A stretch of 64,000 bases of DNA from the NCBI GenBank assembly GCA_024451685.1, contig JAMXCW010000009.1, positions 3,872 to 67,871 on the forward strand. Direction: 5' to 3'. The stretch comes from Candidatus Bathyanammoxibius amoris (GTDB taxonomy: Bacteria; Planctomycetota; Brocadiia; Brocadiales; Bathyanammoxibiaceae). The notes under the pieces are model-generated. The model searched no databases and was not told where the DNA came from. It worked only from the letters and a program-made list of their open reading frames with translations. Shown here piece after piece: positions 1 through 8,675 of the stretch. The position numbers were made by a program, and so were the translations under genes. Every line of letters begins with the position of its first letter. Within the stretch, counting starts at the first letter, position 1.

Positions 1-237
1 CTTGGGCCTATTCTTGAGTGCGGCAAGGGGGCACGGGAGGTGGTGCTTGTGGGGCCGACGGCCAGTCTCTACCCTGAGCCGTTTTTCAGGCGCGGCGTCA
101 CCATAATGGGCGGCATCCGCGTCACCGACGCCGACCGGGTAATGAACGTACTGACCGAAGGCGGCTCCGGGTATGATTTATTTGAGAAATCCGCCGACAG
201 GGTAATTATTAAAAAAAGTCCCGTAGCTGCTTACTAG
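1..237 (+). CDS. C-terminal fragment of a DUF364/Rossmann-like (putative metal-chelation) domain protein; the 5' end lies outside the window
   Basis: The frame is open from base 1 (LGPILECGKGAREVVLVGPTASLYPEPFF...GGSGYDLFEK) with a stop at 235-237. The family call rests only on remembered DUF364 C-termini. Confidence 0.5.
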   Translation, partial: LGPILECGKGAREVVLVGPTASLYPEPFFRRGVTIMGGIRVTDADRVMNVLTEGGSGYDLFEKSADRVIIKKSPVAAY

Positions 238-307
238 TGTAGCGCACTTTAAGAATGCTAGCTATCCACACCAGAAGCATACATACCCCCAGTGAGACCT
301 CCTTAAA

Positions 308-385
308 TCAACGACCATAAAGGTCGTTGTCTACCAGAAACATTTGAAATTAACGGTAGACAACGAGGTTTTACCTCGTTGAACA
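308..385. repeat. REPIN-like inverted doublet, family A
   Basis: Unit TCAACGACCATAAAGGTCGTTGTCTACC (308-335, itself a hairpin) and its inverted copy GGTAGACAACGAGGTTTTACCTCGTTGAACA (355-385) are separated by 19 nt. The same architecture recurs at 52820-52910. Confidence 0.8.
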
Positions 386-406
386 GATACCAAAAAGGGC
401 TTCGGG

Positions 407-1297
407 CTAAGGCACAAGGACGGATAATGCGGCGGGGACTACGGTGAATTTTTGTGGCAGCTTGCCGGCTAAATCACCGTCTATCTGATAGGTAATCTGT
501 TTCGTCTTTCCGGCGGGTTTCACCACCACCTCTTTGCCCCGCACGTACGTGGTGTCATAAAATCTGTCGGCAACCCAGAAGATTGCCCCCATCGCATATT
601 TTAACAGCTTCATTTTGCCGCTGTCCCTGAATATGAAGACGTCGAGCTCGCCGTCGTCAACCTTCGCCCGGTTGGTTATTACCATAGGCCCCGTATACCT
701 GCGGGTATTGCTTATAAAGACCGAACCCGCCCCCTCGCCCAGCGGCCTGCCGTCAACCTCCACCGAGAACCGCGGGTAGTCGTAGTTCCAGAAGGCCTTT
801 AATATAGGGATGGCGTAGGTAAGCGCAGAGATGCCGCCCATGCGGTTAGACGCGATTATCCGCACCACCTCCGCATCGAAGCCCACACCGGCCATAAGCA
901 CGAAATATTTGCTCTCATCCCTGCCAACGTCTATCCTCCGTGTGTTGCCCCCGGCGATTACGTAACAGGCCTGTACGTAGTCAAACGGCACCCTGAGCTC
1001 ACGTGCAAGCACGTTGGCCGTGCCCAGGGGGATGAGCCCAACGGGTATGTCCCTGCCGGAATTCAGGAGACCGTGCACCACCTCGTTTATCGTTCCGTCG
1101 CCGCCCATCGCCGCCACGGCTGAGCAGTCACGCGGCAGCTCGGCGGCAGCCCGCTGTGCGTCGCCACGCGTCGATGTCTTGAAGACGTCCACCTCGCAGC
1201 CCCGCTGCTCCAGTATCCCGACCACACGGGGCAGAATTTTTAGAGCATAACCGCCGCCCGCTATGGGGTTGACTATCAGCTTCAGCTTTTTCGTCAT
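407..1297 (-). CDS. Diacylglycerol/lipid kinase family protein (YegS/BmrU-like)
   Basis: MTKKLKLIVNPIAGGG N-terminus and a GGDGTINEV motif. The start is placed at the internal ATG (1295-1297) that gives the family-typical N-terminus; the 40 upstream codons of the ORF look like non-coding read-in. Confidence 0.85.
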   Translation of the reverse strand: MTKKLKLIVNPIAGGGYALKILPRVVGILEQRGCEVDVFKTSTRGDAQRAAAELPRDCSAVAAMGGDGTINEVVHGLLNSGRDIPVGLIPLGTANVLARELRVPFDYVQACYVIAGGNTRRIDVGRDESKYFVLMAGVGFDAEVVRIIASNRMGGISALTYAIPILKAFWNYDYPRFSVEVDGRPLGEGAGSVFISNTRRYTGPMVITNRAKVDDGELDVFIFRDSGKMKLLKYAMGAIFWVADRFYDTTYVRGKEVVVKPAGKTKQITYQIDGDLAGKLPQKFTVVPAALSVLVP

Positions 1298-1728
1298 GGC
1301 ATTTTGTTTCAGAAACAGGGTCACGTGCGAGCATCCGCAGTATCGCAGGGCCAAAGCCCTGCGGCACCCGCCTAACCCAATATCGGGCCGTATCTTAGGC
1401 CTGTCCGCCTCCGGCACGGCTTGCTCGACATGTAACGTGCGAGTTTATCTCGCACGTGCGACACAAGGTCACACGCTGCACCATCATGTACAAGCAGAGT
1501 AAACTCTGCCGCTACAAACAGACGTGGTGCGTTCATACGCACCCCGCGTTCCCCCACGATATACCGGGCAATTATAACACCTTTCTGCGGGAGGATTAAC
1601 TAATTCTTGCCCTCAGCCTTATGGACCGGGCCGGATGCCCGGAAACGTACTTTTTCTGCGGTTTGCCATTTTCTGTGGGATTTAGTCCTTATTGATTTCA
1701 CCATGAACATCTGATAACGTAGTTTCCT

Positions 1729-2376
1729 ATGAGCGATTCAAAGACACTTAAGAGGTACTATGATAAACTCCGCCAGAACTTCGGGCCGCAGCACTGGTGG
1801 CCGGGAGACGGCCCGTTTGAAGTGATGGTGGGTGCGGTGCTCACGCAAAATACCAACTGGGGGAACGTGGAGAAGGCCATAAACAACCTGAAAGAGGCCG
1901 GGGAGCTGAGTCCCACGGCAATATACAAGATGAGGCAGGACAAACTGGCCCGGCTCATCCGCCCCTCCGGCTATTTCAACATAAAGGCGAAGCGCCTGAA
2001 AGGTCTCATAAAATGGTTTGTCGACCGTTTTGACGGGGATATACAAAAAATGTTCTCGCAGGATTTGCAGGGCCTGAGAGAGGAACTCCTGTCGGTAAAA
2101 GGGGTGGGGCCCGAAACGGCCGATTCCATCCTGCTCTACGCCGGCAACCTGCCCAGTTTTGTGGTGGACACTTATACCTACCGCGTGCTGGTGCGGCATC
2201 AGCTTATATTTGAAGAGAGTACGTATGACGACATAAAATCGTTTTTCGAGGACAACCTGCCGGAGGATATTGCCATGTACAACGAATACCACGCGCTCCT
2301 TGTGCAGGTGGGCAAAAGGTACTGCAAACCACGGGAGCCGTCGTGCGAGGACTGTCCGCTTAATGAATTTCTATAA
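1729..2376 (+). CDS. Endonuclease III-like HhH-GPD DNA glycosylase family protein
   Basis: Helix-hairpin-helix LLSVKGVGPETADSILLYA and a C-terminal Cys cluster CKPREPSCEDCP. Confidence 0.75.
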   Translation: MSDSKTLKRYYDKLRQNFGPQHWWPGDGPFEVMVGAVLTQNTNWGNVEKAINNLKEAGELSPTAIYKMRQDKLARLIRPSGYFNIKAKRLKGLIKWFVDRFDGDIQKMFSQDLQGLREELLSVKGVGPETADSILLYAGNLPSFVVDTYTYRVLVRHQLIFEESTYDDIKSFFEDNLPEDIAMYNEYHALLVQVGKRYCKPREPSCEDCPLNEFL

Positions 2377-2408
2377 AACGAGACCTCTGAAAAATGCAAG
2401 GCAAAGCT

Positions 2409-2471
2409 GTCATTGCGAGGGGCGCAACCCCGTGGCAATCTCTGAGATTGCTTCGCTTCGCTCGCAATGAC
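2409..2471. repeat. 63-bp palindromic element, family B: GTCATTGCGAG...GCAATCTC arm abutting its inverted copy (gene-less version of the GIY-YIG cassette)
   Basis: Left arm 2409-2442 and right arm 2444-2471. The right arm is identical over 28/28 nt to the right arm at 31373-31400. Confidence 0.85.
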
Positions 2472-2541
2472 ACTAAGTAGTCCACATCAGGCGGATTGTG
2501 CTTTCTTTTGTATTTTCGCAGAGGGATCAAGACCTTAAAAA

Positions 2542-3846
2542 ATGACACAAAACATTTTAATCAAAAACGGCCGCGTAATCGACCCCTCCGCCAACCTCGA
2601 TGAACAGGTGGACATACTGATAGAGGACGGGGAAATCACCGGGGTCGGGGCTGATATAAAACCCCGGGGAGATACCGAGGTGCTGGACGCCCGCGGCTGC
2701 ATAGTCACCCCGGGTCTGGTTGACTGCCACGTCCACCTGAGGGAGTCAGGCAGGGAGGGGGAGGATTTTTTGGAGACAGGGAAGTCTAGAGAAACCGTCG
2801 CAAGCGGCACCCGTGCCGCCGCAAAGGGCGGGTACACCACCGTCATCTGCGAGCCGAACACCACGCCGCCCATAGACTCCCCCGAACGTGTGGACGAACT
2901 CCAGGAACGCATAACAAGTACGGGCCTTGTAAAGACTTACATAAAAGCATCAATGACACGGGGCATGCGGGGGGAGGAGCTGGTAGACGTAGCGAGGCTG
3001 AGTGGTCACCCGCTGGTAAAGGCCCTGTCCGAGGATGGCAACCCGATAATTGAAAAGGAGCTGATGGATGAGGTCTGCCGGTCTGCCGCCGAGAACAACT
3101 TGGCGTTAAGCTGCCACAGTGAAGACTCAGGCTTCACCCTCTCTAAAAGGAGCAGGAGGGTCGGCTTCAGACCTGGAGAGGATTTTCAAAACGAGCCCAA
3201 TTTCATCGCGCGCGACATCCTTCTGGCGGAGGCGCATCATGCGCAGATACACATCTCGCACGTGAGTATGAGAGATTCTCTGGACGTCATACGCCGGGCG
3301 AAGACCCACGGCCGTACACGTATCACGTGTGAAGCAACGCCGCACCACCTTCTCCTTGAAGACGGTTTCAGGGACCCCCTCGGCCTGCGCGCCGTCGTCA
3401 ACCCTCCGCTACGTCCGAAGGAGGACAGAATGGCCTTACTGGAGGCGCTAAAGGAGGGTATAATAGACGCAATTGCCTCTGACCACGCGCCGCACAGGGA
3501 AGAGGACAAGAAGGCCGGCGCCCCCGGCCTTATCGGACTGGAGACCACGCTGGGACTGGTGCTCACAGGGCTTGTGCGGCCGGGTATAATCTCGCTCATG
3601 CACGCGGTCAGGATGATGTCAACGGCGCCCTCCGCCATCTTCCACCTGAACGGCGGCTCCCTGGAGAAGGGGGTTGCAGGGGCGGACGTCAGCATAATAG
3701 ACCCCGGCGCGGAATGGACGGTGGATACCGGTAAATTCGAGTCTCTATCCAGAAACTGCCCCTTCGAGGGATGGAAGCTCCACGGCCGGTCAGTGGCGGT
3801 AATAGTCGGCGGGCGGATTGTGATGAGGGACGGGGAACTCGTATAA
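2542..3846 (+). CDS. pyrC: Dihydroorotase (amidohydrolase superfamily)
   Basis: VDCHVHLRE metal-binding motif, HISHVS and ASDHAPH motifs; 434 aa. Confidence 0.8.
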   Translation: MTQNILIKNGRVIDPSANLDEQVDILIEDGEITGVGADIKPRGDTEVLDARGCIVTPGLVDCHVHLRESGREGEDFLETGKSRETVASGTRAAAKGGYTTVICEPNTTPPIDSPERVDELQERITSTGLVKTYIKASMTRGMRGEELVDVARLSGHPLVKALSEDGNPIIEKELMDEVCRSAAENNLALSCHSEDSGFTLSKRSRRVGFRPGEDFQNEPNFIARDILLAEAHHAQIHISHVSMRDSLDVIRRAKTHGRTRITCEATPHHLLLEDGFRDPLGLRAVVNPPLRPKEDRMALLEALKEGIIDAIASDHAPHREEDKKAGAPGLIGLETTLGLVLTGLVRPGIISLMHAVRMMSTAPSAIFHLNGGSLEKGVAGADVSIIDPGAEWTVDTGKFESLSRNCPFEGWKLHGRSVAVIVGGRIVMRDGELV

Positions 3847-3848
3847 TA

Positions 3849-4367
3849 ATGCACATAATAATAGACGGATATAACCTTATCTTTGCCGTTCCTGAACTCG
3901 TAGAGGTCATGGACAAAGGGAAAATGGAGACGGCCAGGGAGGTCCTGCTGGCGGCGCTGTCAGATTATGAGGGCAAGAGCCGTCAGAAGGTCACCGTGGT
4001 ATTCGACGGCAGGGATAAGGAGGGCGATGAATACATGGCCATTTCACAGAAGCAGCACCACGGGGGTGTAAACGTCATCTTCTCAAAGGGTACCACCGCC
4101 GATGAGGACATAAAGGATATTATCAACTCCTCGCCCAATACGAAAAATATGTGCATAGTTACCTCGGACAAGAGTATTATCCAAACGGCCAGGTCTTCAG
4201 GCTGCAAGCTCGCCGAACCCGGAGAGTTTTATAAAAAGATAACACCGGCCCCCAAAAAAGGGCGCGCCTCGACGCGCGGCGAACCACTGGTTAAGTACCG
4301 GGAAGTACCTGAAGAACAGGTGGATTACTGGCTAAAAGTGTTTAAGGCGAAACGGGAAAAGGAATAA
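3849..4367 (+). CDS. NYN/YacP-like (PIN-related) RNA-binding or nuclease domain protein
   Basis: The internal ATG at 3849 gives MHIIIDGYNLIF, the typical YacP N-terminus. It starts 2 nt after the pyrC stop. Confidence 0.65.
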   Translation: MHIIIDGYNLIFAVPELVEVMDKGKMETAREVLLAALSDYEGKSRQKVTVVFDGRDKEGDEYMAISQKQHHGGVNVIFSKGTTADEDIKDIINSSPNTKNMCIVTSDKSIIQTARSSGCKLAEPGEFYKKITPAPKKGRASTRGEPLVKYREVPEEQVDYWLKVFKAKREKE

Positions 4368-4376
4368 GGCGCCACG

Positions 4377-4793
4377 GTGACATCAGACTCTGACCATACC
4401 CGTATAAAATTGCTGCGCTGGCTCCCCGCCATAATATGGGCCGCCGTCATATTCTGGTGCTCTTCGAGGTCCACCTCTCCCATACCCCTTATACCCATTC
4501 CTCATGCGGACAAGGGCATCCACTTCACGGAGTTCTTCATCCTTTGCTACTCGATATGTCATGCGCAGGGGCCATCCGGCCAAAATTTTAGAAGAATCAT
4601 GTGGCGTGCCGTATTAATGACTTCCGTCTACGGTGCCCTGGACGAATACCACCAGAGCTTCACGCCCGAGAGGACGCCGGAGGTGGCGGACTGGATGGCC
4701 GACACCACCGGTGCGGTCGTCGCGGGTTTTGTATGGCTCACAAAGCAAGGTCAACCATCAGACCTCTCCAGGAGTGACAGTCATGTTCCTTAG
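4377..4793 (+). CDS. VanZ-like family membrane protein
   Basis: GTG start, 4 predicted TM segments, and YGALDEYHQSFTPERTPEVADWMADTTGA, typical of the VanZ family. Confidence 0.65.
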   Translation: MTSDSDHTRIKLLRWLPAIIWAAVIFWCSSRSTSPIPLIPIPHADKGIHFTEFFILCYSICHAQGPSGQNFRRIMWRAVLMTSVYGALDEYHQSFTPERTPEVADWMADTTGAVVAGFVWLTKQGQPSDLSRSDSHVP

Positions 4794-5208
4794 ACTTTTT
4801 TTGCTGTTTACAATCGTGCCCCTGATAGAGTTGTATCTTTTGCTCAAATTGGGGGGCTATATCGGCGCCGTTGCCACGGTCGGGGTGGTAATAGGTACGG
4901 GGATAGCGGGCGGGCTGCTGGCAAAGAGCCAGGGGCTGGCCGTCCTCCGTCAGGCGCAAGGGGAATTAGACCTGGGGAGGATACCCGCCGAAAGCCTCTT
5001 TGACGGGGCACTTATATTGTTAGCAGCCACGATGCTTATCACCCCCGGTCTTATAACCGACTGCCTCGGCCTGTTACTCCTCATACCCTGGACCAGACGG
5101 AGGTTCAAATCCTGGCTCAGGAGAAAACTCGAGGAAAAGATCTCGCGCGGCGAAATACGTGTCTATACTCATTTCGGAGACTTTGGTGGTGACAGGGGTT
5201 CCGTATGA
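4783..5208 (+). CDS. fxsA: FxsA family cytoplasmic membrane protein
   Basis: ATG at 4783 gives MFLRLFLLFTIVPLIELYLLLKLGGYIG, the canonical FxsA N-terminus. It overlaps the vanZ end by 11 nt. Confidence 0.8.
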   Translation: MFLRLFLLFTIVPLIELYLLLKLGGYIGAVATVGVVIGTGIAGGLLAKSQGLAVLRQAQGELDLGRIPAESLFDGALILLAATMLITPGLITDCLGLLLLIPWTRRRFKSWLRRKLEEKISRGEIRVYTHFGDFGGDRGSV

Positions 5209-5870
5209 ACGCTTTTAAGATGCCCGGAGACATAAGGGCCGTTATGCTCGACATGGACGGGGTGGTGATAGACGGTATGCCGTATCACCAGAGGGCGTGG
5301 AAAGAGGCATTTGCCACGGTGGCGATGGAGGTCACAGACACCGACATATACCTGAAGGAAGGCATGGACCAACTGGAGACCGTTGTAGAGCTTTGTGGGG
5401 GAAAGGGGGTCTCTATGAGCGACGAAGACATGAGAAAGGTAATCGACCTCAAGAACCATATCCTCAATTCCATATTCAAGGTCCGTCTCATCCCCAACAT
5501 TAAAGAATTTCTCTCCCGGCTTAAACACCTTGGGCTTAAACTGGCGCTTGTAACCGGCACGAATGAGGACGTCGTGGATAGGATTCTTCACGAGGAAAAG
5601 GCCTTGAAAGACTACTTTGACGTGGTGGTGACGGCAGCTACCGCCTCGCACAAAAAGCCCGACCCCGAACCCTACCTGAAGGGCGTGGAGCTCTTAGGGA
5701 TTGACAAAGAACACTGCCTGGTAATAGAGAACTCCCCGGCCGGTATCACGTCCGCCAAGCGGGCGGGTCTCGTGTGCCTGGCCCTGACCACGTCCCTGCC
5801 CGGGAAACACCTGAGCGAGGCCGACGGCATCTTTCCGGGCCTGGAAGAGGTTTCAAGGCTTTTTGATTAA
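5205..5870 (+). CDS. HAD-superfamily hydrolase (beta-phosphoglucomutase-like subfamily IA)
   Basis: DxDG motif MLDMDGVVIDG, LVTGT, KKPDPEPY and ENSPAGI motifs. It overlaps the fxsA stop by 4 nt. Confidence 0.8.
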   Translation: MNAFKMPGDIRAVMLDMDGVVIDGMPYHQRAWKEAFATVAMEVTDTDIYLKEGMDQLETVVELCGGKGVSMSDEDMRKVIDLKNHILNSIFKVRLIPNIKEFLSRLKHLGLKLALVTGTNEDVVDRILHEEKALKDYFDVVVTAATASHKKPDPEPYLKGVELLGIDKEHCLVIENSPAGITSAKRAGLVCLALTTSLPGKHLSEADGIFPGLEEVSRLFD

Positions 5871-5995
5871 AAATACCGTTACTTAATTTACCGGGCCGTT
5901 CCAGTATCCGGGACACACCCGTTGACACAACCCGCCTTCTCATGTATCCTCGAAGCATCCATCTGTTACCTGCTGTCTTTTAGGAGAACCGGACC

Positions 5996-6478
5996 GTGAC
6001 GATAAACAACAATTTTACGATAAAACTCTGTTGCGCAATTGCCGTCTTATCATTCTTGACGTTATTGCTGCTGCCGTATAATCCGACCAGCGCCCAGCAC
6101 ATAGACGTCTTCAACATACCCAGGGAAGATGCCAAAGAAAAAACGTTGGAAGACGTACCCGAACTGGCAGAGGTGGAGGTTACCGACTCCTATACTTACA
6201 AGGTTATGGTAAAAAAAGAACGCCTCGACGATGGCACCGTCTTTGCAAGAGAACTCGAAATCACGGCGCTCTCGGACGAGGAAAAGCCCCCGTATCACTG
6301 GGGTCAGGTGGATTACTACGACCGGAGGAATATCACGCAGAGGCAGGTGCGTAAGACAGATTTTGCCAAGTGTTTCAGGACGCGGACGGGCGTATTATAT
6401 TACCTGCCTAACAGTAAAAAGGTGGTGGACTGGGGCCGCTGGACCATGTGGGACTGTCGCCCGAGCAACGCACCGTAA
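5996..6478 (+). CDS. Hypothetical secreted protein
   Basis: GTG start 9 nt after AGGAG, with an N-terminal hydrophobic signal-like segment. No recognisable domain. Confidence 0.45.
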   Translation: MTINNNFTIKLCCAIAVLSFLTLLLLPYNPTSAQHIDVFNIPREDAKEKTLEDVPELAEVEVTDSYTYKVMVKKERLDDGTVFARELEITALSDEEKPPYHWGQVDYYDRRNITQRQVRKTDFAKCFRTRTGVLYYLPNSKKVVDWGRWTMWDCRPSNAP

Positions 6479-6523
6479 GCAGCCGGCGCCTTACATATAT
6501 GCCCGGACCTTTTTGACTCAGGA

Positions 6524-7366
6524 GTGTACACTCACCCTGACGGAGACCCTGTGGTGAGGAATTTTTGCTTTATATGCCTCGGTATCCTTATCGTAATCCT
6601 TACACTGTTCCTGTGGCCGCATTCTTTCGCGGACAATGAACGGGGCCTGCTTGAGTCGGTCATAGAGGGCCGGGCACGGGTGATAGACCTCACGTATCCG
6701 TTAAACGGGAAAAACCCTTACTGGCCGGGTCCCCGGTACCGGCCTTTTAAGTACGAGGTGATTTCCAGGCTTGAGACCGATGGGGTATATTCCGGCAGCT
6801 ACTCCACCCCCGAACACCTGGGCACACACGTGGACGCGCCCAACCACTTCGGACTCAATCAACCGTCCGTGGACCAGTTGCCCCTCGACCAGCTCATGGG
6901 TCCCGCCGCGGTAATAGACATACGTAAACAGGCGGCCTCAGACCCGGACTACCGGCTCTCCGTGGACGATATCAAGAAATGGGAGGCGCAAAACGGCCGT
7001 ATACCGAATGGCGCCATAGTGCTCATGCACTCCGGCTGGGGGGAGAGGTGGGCAGATGGTGACAGGTACAAGAATGCAGACCCCTCCGGAACCCTGCACG
7101 CTCCCGGCTTTTCAGAGGAAGCCGCACTCTTACTCGCCGAAGAGAGGGACGTAAAGGCCATCGGGGTTGACACGCTGAGCGTGGACAACGGGCCGTCCAA
7201 GGACTACCCCGTGCATCACGTGTTTAATTCCAGGGGCAGGTGGATGCTTGAGAACCTTGACAACGTAGGAAAACTCCCACCCAAAGGAGCCATGCTTATC
7301 GTGGCGCCCATAAAGATAGAAGGCGGCTCAGGCGGCCAGGCCCGTGTCTGGGCTATCACCCCTTGA
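6524..7366 (+). CDS. Cyclase family protein (kynurenine formamidase-like)
   Basis: HLGTHVDAPNHF metal-binding motif and an N-terminal membrane anchor or signal. The start is uncertain (GTG 6524 or GTG 6554). Confidence 0.7.
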   Translation: MYTHPDGDPVVRNFCFICLGILIVILTLFLWPHSFADNERGLLESVIEGRARVIDLTYPLNGKNPYWPGPRYRPFKYEVISRLETDGVYSGSYSTPEHLGTHVDAPNHFGLNQPSVDQLPLDQLMGPAAVIDIRKQAASDPDYRLSVDDIKKWEAQNGRIPNGAIVLMHSGWGERWADGDRYKNADPSGTLHAPGFSEEAALLLAEERDVKAIGVDTLSVDNGPSKDYPVHHVFNSRGRWMLENLDNVGKLPPKGAMLIVAPIKIEGGSGGQARVWAITP

Positions 7367-7468
7367 ATTTCTATACGCTTTTGTGTAACCTTTTATTCTT
7401 GAGGGTACGAATATTTATGGCAAGAAACAATTGGTTGTAAGAGGCCAGGAAACAAAGAGGAAAACGTT

Positions 7469-7909
7469 ATGACTATGAAAAGACACGCAATATTTCTATG
7501 CTCGCTGGCTCTGGGCGCGGTGGTCAGCATGTCGTCGCCCGCCCTCGCCGCCCAGATATGGGTCAAGAATGACATCCCCATGGACCCTACCGAGGGTATG
7601 CCCGTGGTTGTGGCCATGTACGCGGATAAGGATTTTATCGGCCGTCAGATCATACCCGGCAATACACTGATGCTCAGCGACAGAAACATAACCTCGTTCG
7701 TGGTCAGCGCCGGCGACTATGAATATCACGTAAAGGTCCCGAAGGACAAGGTCATCAAAAAGACGATAGCGTTTACGGACATCAGGGACAATAAGCTGCC
7801 GGAAGGGTATTCGGTAAGAATAGAAAGCGGCAAAATAGAAGGTGACCAGATATTAAAGAGCGACAAAGAGGCCGACGAATATATAGAGAAGGAGAGCAAG
7901 ACGGAGTAA
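7469..7909 (+). CDS. Hypothetical secreted protein
   Basis: Signal peptide MKRHAIFLCSLALGAVVSMSSPALAA, with an RBS AAGAGG upstream. Confidence 0.5.
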   Translation: MTMKRHAIFLCSLALGAVVSMSSPALAAQIWVKNDIPMDPTEGMPVVVAMYADKDFIGRQIIPGNTLMLSDRNITSFVVSAGDYEYHVKVPKDKVIKKTIAFTDIRDNKLPEGYSVRIESGKIEGDQILKSDKEADEYIEKESKTE

Positions 7910-7985
7910 CCGCGTATAGGGACTTTCACGCGGCCTGTCCTTCAACGCTTCGAGACGGACGGACGTAGATATCGGCGCAGATAAA

Positions 7986-8025
7986 GCCCCTGGGGAGCCC
8001 GCCTCTCCAGGGGCCTTGTCTTTCG
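7986..8025 (+). terminator. Candidate intrinsic terminator after the 7469-7909 gene
   Basis: 11-bp stem GCCCCTGGGGA/TCTCCAGGGGC (7986-7996 / 8004-8014) followed by the T-rich CTTGTCTTTCG. Confidence 0.4.
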
Positions 8026-8217
8026 TATTAATCATGGCGCGCCACACATCCTTCCTAAGGGCTTGCACTCGTCTGCAATACGCATAGAATAAAGATAAAG
8101 GAAGTCTGCGTAGTGGTGTAGGCCTAGGTAATCCTTCGCCGAAGGTGTCCTTAGCTGCCGGCGATGGGACACCGAAGGCTCGACCGCTACAGGATGTAAG
8201 ACTAAGGAGGAACAACC

Positions 8218-8469
8218 ATGACCGAGGTAAAGGTATATACAAGTTCAGGTTGTGGCTCATGCAAACAGGTAAAGAAATATTTGCAAAAGGCAGACATTGA
8301 ATTCAAGGAACTTGACATATGCAAGGACGAGGAGGCCATAGAAGAACTGAAGAGGCTGGGGGCTATGACGGTGCCTTGTATCGTTGCAGGCGAGATGGTC
8401 ATCAGGGGTTTTGATAAGACCAAGCTGGATGAACTCATTGCCTGCCTGACTGCCGATGTATGTACATAA
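8218..8469 (+). CDS. Glutaredoxin-like (thioredoxin-fold, YruB/NrdH-like) protein
   Basis: 83 aa with a CGSC active site near the N-terminus, a TVPCI motif, and a strong RBS AAGGAGG. Confidence 0.8.
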   Translation: MTEVKVYTSSGCGSCKQVKKYLQKADIEFKELDICKDEEAIEELKRLGAMTVPCIVAGEMVIRGFDKTKLDELIACLTADVCT

Positions 8470-8502
8470 CCTGATAGGATATAAGGCGTATGTTTAACGC
8501 CG

Positions 8503-8532
8503 CGTGCCAGCGTAAGGCTGGCACGTTTTTTT
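8503..8532 (+). terminator. Rho-independent terminator
   Basis: Perfect 9-bp stem CGTGCCAGC/GCTGGCACG (8503-8511 / 8517-8525) followed by T7 (8526-8532). Confidence 0.75.
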
Positions 8533-8675
8533 ATGTCTTTTGCGGGGGCGCGACAGCCCTCCTTATTTAAACCGGTGAGCCGCGTCAGAGCACGCACTTG
8601 ACACCCGCCTTCCCTGTATTAAAATTATAATTATAATGATGCGTGAGACCTGATACTTGTTCCGGAGCCGCGGCG

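Noticed and set aside
262-270. DnaA-box-like CTATCCACA near the window start, with parB also present in the window (oriC?).
   Set aside because: It is a single 8/9 match with no cluster of boxes and no adjacent AT-rich unwinding element. The AT-rich spacer upstream of parB has no DnaA boxes either.
308-385. Possible CRISPR-like repeats (the ~28-nt unit TCAACGACC..GTCTACC recurs at 308, 355, 23713, 52820, 52880 and 52931).
   Set aside because: The copies are in inverted rather than direct orientation. They occur as isolated singlets or doublets scattered over 50 kb, have no regular spacer length, and no cas genes are nearby. They behave like REP/REPIN elements.
1298-1417. N-terminal extensions given by the ORF track for several genes (407-1417, 3771, 4633, 8643, 13694, 27423, 29068 and 35551 starts).
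   Set aside because: In each case an internal ATG or GTG reproduces the family-typical N-terminus or signal peptide and removes overlap with the upstream gene. The extensions are Arg/Pro/Gly-rich read-in.
5101-5112. tRNA T-arm-like string GGTTCAAATCC.
   Set aside because: It lies inside the fxsA reading frame, with no acceptor stem, D-arm or anticodon arm around it. No other tRNA-like structure was seen in any intergenic gap.
8517-8532. TGGCACG string as a sigma-54 -24 element. Also TGGCAC at 41016-41021 upstream of the ferritin genes, and GGCAC at 53218 and 53478.
   Set aside because: None has TTGC at the required 5-nt spacing. The 8517 copy is just the 3' arm of a terminator hairpin.
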